32,528 nucleotides of DNA from Planctomycetota bacterium (GTDB lineage: Bacteria; Planctomycetota; SZUA-567; H5-PLA8), in the NCBI GenBank assembly GCA_038227875.1, contig JBBRPR010000085.1, forward strand, positions 1-32,528, read 5' to 3'. The notes beneath the pieces are model-generated. The model did no database searches. It was not told the DNA's origin and saw only the letters and a program-made list of their open reading frames with translations. The translations under genes and the position numbers were made by a program. Every line of letters begins with the position of its first letter. Positions within the stretch are counted from its first letter, which is position 1. Positions 9,447 through 17,410 of this stretch are shown one piece after another.

Positions 9447-12338
9447 GTGAGCGACGCCAATCCGCCATCCCAGATTGCCGACGCGGAATTGCTGCGACTG
9501 TACGTCGAGACGGGCGATGCAGGGCTCATGGGCGAATTTTTTACGCGGCACGCCGCTTCGGCCTATCGCATCGCGCTGTGCGTGCTGCGAAACTCCAGCG
9601 ACGCGGAGGACGCCGTGCAGACTTCCTTTATGAATGCACTCCGCTCCCGTACCCCTTTTCAGAAAACGGATGATGAAAGCGTGAAAGCATGGCTTTTTAA
9701 AAATGTCGTCAACGCCTGTCGCATGCGGATGCGCGAAGAGACGGCACGGCGGCGGCGCGAAGAGGCTGTCGGCAGCGATCGCGCGACGGCTACGGAAGTA
9801 GCAGCCACTAACGATCTTGCCGAACGCGCCGTCGATGCCGCGCGCCAGCTCGGTGAAATCTATCGATTGCCAGTCTGGATGCACTACCTGGAAGGCCTCT
9901 CTTTTAAAGAAGTCGCCGCTGCACTCGCGGTACCGGAAGCTACGGTCAAAAGTCGGGCCAACCGCGGCATCGAACAATTGCGACAGGTGCTCGCACCGTC
10001 CGTTGGAACGACGCAGAAGCTAACCGAGGCGAGTCTGATCGCAGTGCTGGCTGCGGCGCCGCTGGAGTCCGCGCCGCTTTCGCTGACGGCGGCGTTCACA
10101 CACTCGGCCGCGGCAGCCGCTAAAACCGCAGGCGCTGCGGCCAAGGCTGGCGGAACGACGGCAAAGAGTGGACTGGCGTTCAATCTCACCGCGGTTGCAG
10201 TGGTGGCGATATTGGTTGCCGGCGGAATCTTTATCGCAACGAAGGTTCTAAAGCCCGCGGCTCCTGTGGCCGGTCTGAATGATTCGGACAAACATGCTGC
10301 CGAAACCGGCGAAGATAAGAGTCCACAAACAGTCGCCACACAGGAGCCGCCGAAGATCACGGGTTGGCGCGGCGACGGGACGGGAAAGTACCCGGATGCC
10401 ACGGCGCCGCTGCAATGGTCCGTGCGGGGCAAGAACTTGGTCAACGATCTGCGCTGCTCGTCCAAGAAACCGAAGGGCGACGCCGATCCTTCGGGCCTGG
10501 CGATTCCCGACGGTCAAATTCGCGAGTGGCTCGTTGCGGGACCGTTCCCATTTGCCAATCCGGGCAAAGTCGCGGAGCCTGGCCTGCCGGGAGAAGCAGA
10601 ACTTCAGCCTGAAGAAGGCGATAAAGCCGGAAACGCCACGTGGAAAGCGACGACCGACGGGTGGACCGGCGATTTTGGGAAGCTGTTCGGCAAAAATCCA
10701 AACCAGGTCGCTTACGCGTGTTCCTATGTCTTCTCCAAGACTGGTGGCGCGTGCCAGACTTGGGTCCGTCACAACCATTGCATGCAAGTCTGGGTCAACG
10801 GCAAGGAGGTGTACAACAACGCCGAAGGCTTTGTCTACAAACTCACCGGAAACTTTGCCCCCGAAATGCCCTTCACGCTCAACAAGGGCTGGAACCGGCT
10901 GCTCTTCAAAGTGACGTATGCCGAGGACGAGCGTTGGGCATTCAGCGGCCGAATTTTCGCACGGCGCTCTTTCACGTATGAAGGGAACAACATCGCCTGG
11001 ATTCAACGCCTGCCGAATACGAGCAGCAGCAGTCCGCTGGTCGTCGGCGACAAGGTCTACGTCACGTCAGACCCGACCGATCTGATCTGCTGCAACAAAG
11101 CCGACGGCAAAGTGCGCTGGATTCGTTCCAATACTCAATTCGACGCGCTGACACCAGAAGAAATCGAAGCGACACCGGAACTCAAGCAGAAGATTGCGCC
11201 GCTGGCTGCGAAACTCAACCAGATCAACGACGAACTTGTTCCACTCTTGAATACCAGCGATCCGCAATTGGGAACAAAGCTGAATCAGAAAAACGACCTG
11301 GAACAGGAGCTCGTCAAACAGTTGCAGGCCATCGACGGCAAACGTTTCAGTCTCATTCGGCAGGATGGCGGCTTCAGCGTGGCCACACCCTGCAGCGACG
11401 GCCGGAACGTTTACGCTTGGATGTACAATGGCGTGTGCTCTTGCTTCGACGGCGAGGGCAAGCGGAAGTGGTGCCAACGTATCAATGAGCCCGAGTCCAG
11501 CGATCACGGTTACGCCTCGTCCCCCACGCTCGTGAACGGCAAGCTGATCGTGATGATGGCTGATTTGACCGCGTTCGATGCGCAGACGGGCAAAGTGCTC
11601 TGGAAGCAGAAGCTCAAGCGCGGAAATGCTCCCACGTACGGTTCAATCGTGGCGGTGCCGCTGGGCAACGATGCCGCGCTGCTTTCCTCGATTGGCTTCG
11701 CCGTGCGCGCCTCCGATGGACGTCCCTTGTGGGATTTCACCTTAAAATTCGCCGGCCAATGCACGACCTCAGTCGTCGAAAAAGGCGTATGGTACAACTA
11801 CGATCAGGCCGGAGTGCACTGCATCCAACTCCCGGATAACGTCGGCGACAATTCGACCGCGTCAATTCTGAAATATGTCAAATGCGGTGAGTACATTATC
11901 TCCTCTCCCCTGTTCCTCGACGGTTTGCTGTACGGCGTTGAGTTCAACGGCAAGCTGACCGTCGTCGATACAGAAGCCGGCACAGTCGTTTACACGCAGC
12001 AACTGCCGCTGCTGTCCGGCGGCATTTACGGCAATTGCGCGATCTACTCCAGTCCCACGCTGATCGGAAAACACATCTTCGTCTTCGATGTCTTTGGCAA
12101 CACGGTGGTGTTCGAACCCGGCCGCGCGTACAAACAGGTGGCGTTTAATAAGCTTGAGATGCTGGACTATCCGTCGTCGGGCGACACTCAAGTCCGCCAG
12201 GCGGCGCTGACGCGCGGCAACCCCGCCGTCGACAAAAATTGCATCTACGTCCGAGGTAACACGCAGTTGATCTGCATCGCCGCAGGAGCTCCGCCGCTTA
12301 CGGTCACACTGCCGGACGTTCCAGATTTTAAGAAGTAA
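9447..12338 (+). CDS. ECF sigma-70 factor fused via one TM helix to an extracytoplasmic jelly-roll (PA14/galactose-binding-like) domain and a PQQ-type beta-propeller
   Basis: Sigma region 2 'DAEDAVQTSF..AWLF' and region 4 'LEGLSFKEVAAALAVPEATVKSR'. TM 'LTAVAVVAILVAGGIFIA' (~10180-10240). Then 'GWRGDGTG', 'IREWLVAGPF..VWVNGKEV..LNKGWNRLLFKV' and propeller repeats 'SSPLVVGDKVYV', 'AFDAQTGKVLW', 'YSSPTLIG'. GTG 9447 follows GGAG at 9434; ATG 9411 is an alternative. Confidence 0.9.
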   Translation: MSDANPPSQIADAELLRLYVETGDAGLMGEFFTRHAASAYRIALCVLRNSSDAEDAVQTSFMNALRSRTPFQKTDDESVKAWLFKNVVNACRMRMREETARRRREEAVGSDRATATEVAATNDLAERAVDAARQLGEIYRLPVWMHYLEGLSFKEVAAALAVPEATVKSRANRGIEQLRQVLAPSVGTTQKLTEASLIAVLAAAPLESAPLSLTAAFTHSAAAAAKTAGAAAKAGGTTAKSGLAFNLTAVAVVAILVAGGIFIATKVLKPAAPVAGLNDSDKHAAETGEDKSPQTVATQEPPKITGWRGDGTGKYPDATAPLQWSVRGKNLVNDLRCSSKKPKGDADPSGLAIPDGQIREWLVAGPFPFANPGKVAEPGLPGEAELQPEEGDKAGNATWKATTDGWTGDFGKLFGKNPNQVAYACSYVFSKTGGACQTWVRHNHCMQVWVNGKEVYNNAEGFVYKLTGNFAPEMPFTLNKGWNRLLFKVTYAEDERWAFSGRIFARRSFTYEGNNIAWIQRLPNTSSSSPLVVGDKVYVTSDPTDLICCNKADGKVRWIRSNTQFDALTPEEIEATPELKQKIAPLAAKLNQINDELVPLLNTSDPQLGTKLNQKNDLEQELVKQLQAIDGKRFSLIRQDGGFSVATPCSDGRNVYAWMYNGVCSCFDGEGKRKWCQRINEPESSDHGYASSPTLVNGKLIVMMADLTAFDAQTGKVLWKQKLKRGNAPTYGSIVAVPLGNDAALLSSIGFAVRASDGRPLWDFTLKFAGQCTTSVVEKGVWYNYDQAGVHCIQLPDNVGDNSTASILKYVKCGEYIISSPLFLDGLLYGVEFNGKLTVVDTEAGTVVYTQQLPLLSGGIYGNCAIYSSPTLIGKHIFVFDVFGNTVVFEPGRAYKQVAFNKLEMLDYPSSGDTQVRQAALTRGNPAVDKNCIYVRGNTQLICIAAGAPPLTVTLPDVPDFKK

Positions 12339-12548
12339 CGTGGCGTGATGATTTCAGGCTTTACGTCGGTTTGAATCCCGCTTGCGCTGCAACACACTCA
12401 TACGAGATTGGATCGATTTGAACGAATTTAACTTGCGCTTTTATACGTATTGGTGTATGAATATTTGAGCGTTTTGAATGAATCAATTTGGATTTTAATC
12501 ATGATCGCCCCCGCTGCCAAAAAACATCGAGAATAGCGCGCCAAGACC

Positions 12549-12566
12549 GCGCTTCACGTGAAGCGC
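12549..12566. promoter_or_regulatory. Perfect 18-bp palindrome, candidate operator
   Basis: GCGCTTCACGTGAAGCGC equals its own reverse complement. It is intergenic, about 155 bp upstream of ATG 12721. Confidence 0.4.
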
Positions 12567-12720
12567 AAGGGACCTGTTACCGCGTTTGAGCCGACGCAAT
12601 TACGAAGTTGGTGGCAGGAACCTTGGATATTCTGTTCAATCCGGACTACTCGGATAAGTTGGTGAAGATCTCAGACCAGCCATGTCGTAGACAATGAACA
12701 CGGCCCGATAGGTAGCTTGC

Positions 12721-13671
12721 ATGCGTTGCCTGATTTCACCGCTCACTGTGTTGCTTCTGACGCTCGCCCAGGCTGGCTTGGCGGCCGATCCGGCACCGCC
12801 CATGCCGCCCACGCCGGCCACGGAGAAAACGATCGAAGTCATCATCTACTATCAGCCCAAAGATTCACACTGGTCTGATGCGCAGAAGGAAATCGACAAA
12901 GTCACGGCAAAATTCAAGACCGCACACGTCACGCGAGTCAACACCGAGACATCCGCCGGTGCCAAGCAGCTTCTGGATTTCATTGCCAAAAATAACATTC
13001 GAGACCGCGGCGACCTGATGGCTTCCGTGGACGGCGCCTGGTTTGTCAGCAAGGATGACAACCGCATCGTTGAACACACCCTGGAATACGCGTGCACCCG
13101 GGCTGTGGCGGGAAAGCCGCCGCACAAAGGCAAAGTCGTCGCCGACGTATCTGCGTACGCCGCTGAGATCTATGGCAAAGCTGCCGTCGTCGCACCCGAC
13201 GAACACAACGACGGTGAACTGGATCTCGAATATTTCACGGTGAAAGACGGCGGCAAGTTGTTGGGTTGGGTCGCGAGCGCCTACTATCACATCAAGTGCC
13301 CTGTCTGCACCGATACGCAGTTCCTGGCTGCAGTGAAGTCTCCGCAACTGCTGATCGTCGATCTGCGGCCCGTGCGCCAGCTGGAATTGCGCGGCACGCC
13401 GCTGAGCACCACGAATGTCAATGAATTCATCGGTCAGTTCAAAAACCGGACCTCCAAGGACAGCGGCAAGGACGTCGACGAAGTTTCGGGCGCAACCAAG
13501 ACCTCCAAGGCCTATCAGAATCTGGTGCAGGAACTGCTGAACCATCTGGGGCAGAAGCAGAAAAAAATCGACAAGGACAAGGAACAGGAAGACGCGAAGG
13601 CCAAAGATCAGGAAAAAGACAAACAGAAGAACAAAGATCAGGAAAAAGACAAACAGAAGAACAAAAACTGA
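12721..13671 (+). CDS. Secreted protein with a degenerate thioredoxin-like domain and a C-terminal FMN-binding (flavinylation) domain
   Basis: Signal peptide 'MRCLISPLTVLLLTLAQAGLAA'. 'IEVIIYYQPKDSHW' sits where thioredoxin folds have CxxC. 'KCPVC' at 13294-13308. 'DVDEVSGATKTS' (13471-13506) matches the RnfG/NqrC-type flavinylation motif. Charged K/D/Q tail. Confidence 0.75.
   Translation: MRCLISPLTVLLLTLAQAGLAADPAPPMPPTPATEKTIEVIIYYQPKDSHWSDAQKEIDKVTAKFKTAHVTRVNTETSAGAKQLLDFIAKNNIRDRGDLMASVDGAWFVSKDDNRIVEHTLEYACTRAVAGKPPHKGKVVADVSAYAAEIYGKAAVVAPDEHNDGELDLEYFTVKDGGKLLGWVASAYYHIKCPVCTDTQFLAAVKSPQLLIVDLRPVRQLELRGTPLSTTNVNEFIGQFKNRTSKDSGKDVDEVSGATKTSKAYQNLVQELLNHLGQKQKKIDKDKEQEDAKAKDQEKDKQKNKDQEKDKQKNKN
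13603..13662 (+). repeat. Perfect 30-nt tandem duplication encoding (KDQEKDKQKN)x2
   Basis: AAAGATCAGGAAAAAGACAAACAGAAGAAC at 13603-13632 and 13633-13662. Confidence 0.95.
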
Positions 13672-13704
13672 GCGATCGACTGCAGTTCAGTTAGGTGCAA
13701 GGCA

Positions 13705-14256
13705 CTAGTTAATGGGCGGCATGGGGCAACTTGTGAGCTCCAGGTAATTTGGGCGGTCGGCCATGCTTTTGTGCCGGTAGGCGCTGAGGATCTTGTCGGC
13801 CTGAATCAGGAACACGCCGGGCATGCGCATCACGTCGGCATTGGGGCGTCCGATGCCGTGGCGAATAATTGCGCCGCCGAATGTGGCTCGCCACCAGACT
13901 TTCACGTCAAACATCGCCGAACTGGTGGCCCGCTTGAGTTCGAATGCGTCGTAGAGGCGGTGCCCCGGATCGCTGATGCGATTGAGATCGCCGAGTCCGT
14001 ATTGCGCGAAAAATACCGTTGCTTCTTCTTCAGAATGCAGATGGACGAAGACGATCTTGACGCCTTCCTTGGTAAGCTCCGGCTGCAACTTGGAAATGTC
14101 GGAGAGCGCTTCGCGGCAGAACGTACAGCCGAAGTGGCGCGTGAACAGCACCATCACGGGGCTTTTATGAGACATTTCAGAGATGGTCGTCCCGGTCTGC
14201 GTCTTCATCGACTTCAATGTGTCGACGAAATCGGGGGCTACGGTGGTTGCTTCCAC
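13705..14256 (-). CDS. Peroxiredoxin-like AhpC/TSA-2 (SelL-related) redox protein
   Basis: 'VLFTRHFGCTFCRE' (CxxC), 'ISDPGHRLYDAFEL', 'RMPGVFLI' and 'ADRPNY'. GTG 14256 follows a GAGGAG RBS. The ORF-track TTG start at 14313 lies inside a repeat element. Confidence 0.85.
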   Translation of the reverse strand: MEATTVAPDFVDTLKSMKTQTGTTISEMSHKSPVMVLFTRHFGCTFCREALSDISKLQPELTKEGVKIVFVHLHSEEEATVFFAQYGLGDLNRISDPGHRLYDAFELKRATSSAMFDVKVWWRATFGGAIIRHGIGRPNADVMRMPGVFLIQADKILSAYRHKSMADRPNYLELTSCPMPPIN

Positions 14257-14292
14257 AAATACACTCCTCAAAACGCCAGGTTCCAGTCCAAC

Positions 14293-14320
14293 CAGGCCGT
14301 TGAAAAAGGTCAACGGGCTG
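14293..14320. mobile_element. Minimal 28-bp inverted-repeat element, an internally deleted relative of 17303-17400
   Basis: CAGGCCGTTGAAAAAGGTCAACGGGCTG, flanked by direct repeat CAAC at 14289-14292 and 14321-14324. Both ends match the 98-bp element, with one mismatch. Confidence 0.65.
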
Positions 14321-14329
14321 CAACGCCCG

Positions 14330-15106
14330 TTAATGTTTCACAAACCAAGGCACGAACACGCTGGTCGTGCGCTGGTAGTTTCGATAATCTTCGCCCCGGC
14401 TCTTCAGCGCTTGCCGCTCCGTGTAAGGAATGCCAGTCAGCCAGAACAAGCACAACAACATCAGCATTGGCCCGCCCAGGCTGGCCCAACCGCAGGCCGC
14501 CGTGATGCTCATTGGCACGTACGCGAACCAGTGAATCCATTCGAAAAAATAGTTGGGATGCCGCGAATACTTCCACAAGCCCACGCGGCAGGTCTTGCCC
14601 TTGTTCTCGGGCTGCCTGCGAAACCTGGCTAATTGTGCATCCGCGGTCAGCTCGCCGCAAAGGGAAAGAACGCCGATTCCCACGCCCAGAAAATCCAGCC
14701 ACGACAGCGGTCCGGAGGCGCTGGAGCAGACCAGAAATGGAACCGAAAAGAGTACAATCAGCAGCGCCTGAAACTGGAAGAAGAAGAAAAAGAAACGATC
14801 GGCGCGATCGCCGCGATTGTCGCGCAGCGTCTTGTAGCGCCCATCCTCCTTGCTCCACCAGATGCGGAAGAACAGGTACGTCGCGAGGCGAAAACCCCAG
14901 AATCCCGCGAGGCACGCGACCATCAGCCGCCGCGCCGGTAGTCCGCCGCCGAAGACGCCGTAGAAAACTGCGGCCGCACCGAGCCCGAAGGCCCAGCCGA
15001 TGTCGACGATGCCAGCGTCGCGCCGCGCGCGCTGGAGCACCCAGAGCGCCAGCATCAAGGTGGACGCTGCGGCTCCGGCGATCAACAGTAAGGATATGGG
15101 TGCCAT
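14330..15106 (-). CDS. DUF1295 family membrane protein (steroid 5-alpha-reductase/ICMT-like)
   Basis: 'DAGIVDIGW', 'WGFRLA', 'EDGRY', 'ADAQLARF', 'GLWKYSRHPNYFFEW' and 'YRNYQRTTSVFVPW', with multiple TM segments. Confidence 0.92.
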   Translation of the reverse strand: MAPISLLLIAGAAASTLMLALWVLQRARRDAGIVDIGWAFGLGAAAVFYGVFGGGLPARRLMVACLAGFWGFRLATYLFFRIWWSKEDGRYKTLRDNRGDRADRFFFFFFQFQALLIVLFSVPFLVCSSASGPLSWLDFLGVGIGVLSLCGELTADAQLARFRRQPENKGKTCRVGLWKYSRHPNYFFEWIHWFAYVPMSITAACGWASLGGPMLMLLCLFWLTGIPYTERQALKSRGEDYRNYQRTTSVFVPWFVKH

Positions 15107-15140
15107 GGCAAATCAGTTCCGATGATCCCGCAAAATCTGT

Positions 15141-16466
15141 TCAGTAAGTTTCAGAGCGCATCGGAGTATTCGTGACCACACGCGGACGACTTTCTTGATG
15201 GAAGAACAACGGTGTCGCACGCTGCCCCAGGTCGCGGCAATTTGGCTTGGTAAAAGTGAATTGCGAGACGCCGATGTGCCGCTCCGCAAACGCGCCTTCA
15301 CAGTAGCACAGGTAGTACTCCCACATGCGCGTGAAGCGCTCCGGATATCCGAGCGCCCGGACGCGGCCGATGTTGCGAAAAAAGTTGTCGCGCCAACAGC
15401 GCAGCGTCATGACGTAGTGCGGGGTCAGCTCTTCCTGATGGGAAATGCGCAGGTCGGTAACGCGCGCGATCGCGCCCGAGATGGAACCGGTCGACGGCAG
15501 ACAGCTTCCCGGAAAGATGTAGCGCTTGACGAAGTCGACCGAGTGCACTGCGCGCTCGTATTCCTGCTCGTTCATGGTGATGGCCTGGAGGGCCATCGCG
15601 CCATCGGATTTCAGCAGCCTGCTGCAGACTTCGAAATAGTCGTCGAGGTATTGATGACCGACCGCTTCAATCATTTCGATCGAGACGAGCTTGTCGTAGC
15701 TGCCGTGCAGATCGCGATAGTCGCAGAGCAGAATTTCGACGCGGTCCTGCAGGCCGGCCTGTCGGACACGCTCGGTCGCGAGGCGGTGCTGCTCGCGCGA
15801 AATGGTCGTGGTCGTGACGCGGCAGCCGTGGCGGCCGGCGGCGTGGAGTGCAAAGCCGCCCCAGCCGGTTCCGATCTCCAGGACGTGATCGGTGGACTGC
15901 AGATTCAGCTTTCGGCAGATCCGTTCATTCTTGGCGGTGGAAGCCTGCTCCAGGTCCGAGTCGGCACTTTCGAAGACCGCGCAGGAATACATCAGTGTCG
16001 GGTCGAACATCAGCGAGAAGAATTCGTTGCCGAGATCATAGTGATCGGCAATGTTTCTGCGGCTGCCGTCGCGCGAATTGCGGCGCAACCAGTGCCAGGC
16101 ATTGCGGACTGCCGCCGTCAGCGCCAGCCCTTTGCCAAATCCGTCGCGCAGCGAACGGTTGCGCGCGAAAATGCGGATCAGCGTTGTCAGGTCGTCGCAG
16201 CTCCAAAGGCCGTCCATGTAACCTTCCGCGGCGCCGATACTGCCGGACGCGACCATGCGGGAGTACGCAGCGAGATCGTGGACCGTCACTGTTGCGTGGA
16301 GCTCATACGCGGCCGCTTCACCTATTGTTTGTGAGCCTAAGGGATCATTAAAGGTCAAGCGTCCATCGGAAATCGACGCGAGTTTCGCCAATGCGAGTTT
16401 GCGCGCCGTACGCGCAAACCAGGAGCAACCGGCGCTTGCTGTTTGAGTGAGGCTCACTGGAGTCAT
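15141..16466 (-). CDS. cfa: Cyclopropane-fatty-acyl-phospholipid synthase family SAM methyltransferase (UfaA1/UfaM-like)
   Basis: 'NIADHYDLGNEFF..DPTLMYSCA', SAM motif 'VLEIGTGWGG', 'YDKLVSIEMIEAVG', 'YIFPG' and 'RMWEYYLCYCEGAF'. ATG 16466 overlaps the DUF1365 stop (ATGA), so the longer ORF-track start is rejected. Confidence 0.93.
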   Translation of the reverse strand: MTPVSLTQTASAGCSWFARTARKLALAKLASISDGRLTFNDPLGSQTIGEAAAYELHATVTVHDLAAYSRMVASGSIGAAEGYMDGLWSCDDLTTLIRIFARNRSLRDGFGKGLALTAAVRNAWHWLRRNSRDGSRRNIADHYDLGNEFFSLMFDPTLMYSCAVFESADSDLEQASTAKNERICRKLNLQSTDHVLEIGTGWGGFALHAAGRHGCRVTTTTISREQHRLATERVRQAGLQDRVEILLCDYRDLHGSYDKLVSIEMIEAVGHQYLDDYFEVCSRLLKSDGAMALQAITMNEQEYERAVHSVDFVKRYIFPGSCLPSTGSISGAIARVTDLRISHQEELTPHYVMTLRCWRDNFFRNIGRVRALGYPERFTRMWEYYLCYCEGAFAERHIGVSQFTFTKPNCRDLGQRATPLFFHQESRPRVVTNTPMRSETY

Positions 16467-17284
16467 GGATGACGGGGCTCCGATGTCAATGACGGGTGGC
16501 GCGGTTTTAGTGCGTGTAACGAAACGTCGCGACTCCTGGGATGCGGATGCACGGGACAACGCTTGGCCCAGAGCTTGAACGCCTGATAATAAATTCCCGC
16601 GACGACGCGCAGCGACATCACGGGATGGCGCGCCAGCATCCACGCCATGCGCCGCGACGAAAACTCGCGCCGTTGCAGCAGCAGCGTCGAATCGAAATAC
16701 GGCCGCTCGGTTTTGGTGCCGTCGGTGTTCTCCATATGGATCAGCAGCCGTTGGGTCGGGGCGGTGAAGCGCCAGTCGTAGTCGGCATCCATGCCAATGA
16801 ACGGCGAGATGTGAAACTGTTTGTGAAACTGGAATCGAAAGTTTCTGGAGGCGCTGTTGCTGCCGCGGGGCAGGACATAGCAATGGCGCTCGCCCCACGG
16901 CGTGTTGGTGATCTCTGCGACGATCGTTTCGATGGTCGTTCCCGCAGGATCATAGCAGTAGTAGAAGCTCACCGGATTAAAGCTGAAGTTGAAATAGCGC
17001 AGATTGGTCAGCAGCCGAATGGGACCGGCCGGAGCCGCTCCGGTCCGTTCGTGGACCAACGCGGAGACCGCCTCTTTTAGCGGCAGGTTCGCCGGTCCGA
17101 GATAATCTTTGCGGTGGAATGACACGAAGTTGAACCGTTCATGGGAACACCACGCGCAGTGCTTGAATAGTTCGGGCAATTCGTCCAAATCGAGATAGAG
17201 CATGAACGCGGAATAGGTGAAGGCGTTTTCCACCGGCGCAAACCGGCGGTGTCGCACCCAGCCCTCATAGATTGCGCTTTCCAT
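16463..17284 (-). CDS. DUF1365 family protein (UfaO-like)
   Basis: 'SAIYEGWVRHRRFAP..F.Y..LYLDLDEL', 'FNPVSFYYC', 'AEITNTPWGERH', 'K.FHISPF' and 'IYYQAFKLWAK'. Confidence 0.92.
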   Translation of the reverse strand: MESAIYEGWVRHRRFAPVENAFTYSAFMLYLDLDELPELFKHCAWCSHERFNFVSFHRKDYLGPANLPLKEAVSALVHERTGAAPAGPIRLLTNLRYFNFSFNPVSFYYCYDPAGTTIETIVAEITNTPWGERHCYVLPRGSNSASRNFRFQFHKQFHISPFIGMDADYDWRFTAPTQRLLIHMENTDGTKTERPYFDSTLLLQRREFSSRRMAWMLARHPVMSLRVVAGIYYQAFKLWAKRCPVHPHPRSRDVSLHALKPRHPSLTSEPRHP

Positions 17285-17302
17285 ACTCAAGTCCTGCTCT
17301 AT

Positions 17303-17400
17303 CAGCCCGTTGAAAAAGGTCTATTCCGCCAAGTTTCTTCGTGAAACGCCTGGCAGTAAAGGCGTTTCGCGGCGCAGGCCACGGGTTTATCAACGGGCTG
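17303..17400. mobile_element. 98-bp MITE-like element with terminal inverted repeats and a 4-bp target-site duplication
   Basis: Ends CAGCCCGTTGA(AAAA) and (TTTA)TCAACGGGCTG are perfect over 11 bp and 14/15 overall. CTAT flanks both sides (17299-17302, 17401-17404). Internal 9-bp stem GAAACGCCT/AGGCGTTTC at 17343-17368. Confidence 0.75.
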
Positions 17401-17410
17401 CTATCGCTCA

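Noticed and set aside
12433..12461. Sigma-70 promoter TTGCGC-N17-TATGAA
   Set aside because: Weak match lacking the final conserved T of the -10 element; not supportable without TSS data.
14110..14145. Selenocysteine in the SelL-related protein
   Set aside because: The CxxC is encoded by normal Cys codons, with no in-frame UGA.
16467..16898. 144-aa N-terminal extension of cfa in the ORF track
   Set aside because: It overlaps DUF1365 in another frame; ATGA coupling at 16463-16466 marks the real start.
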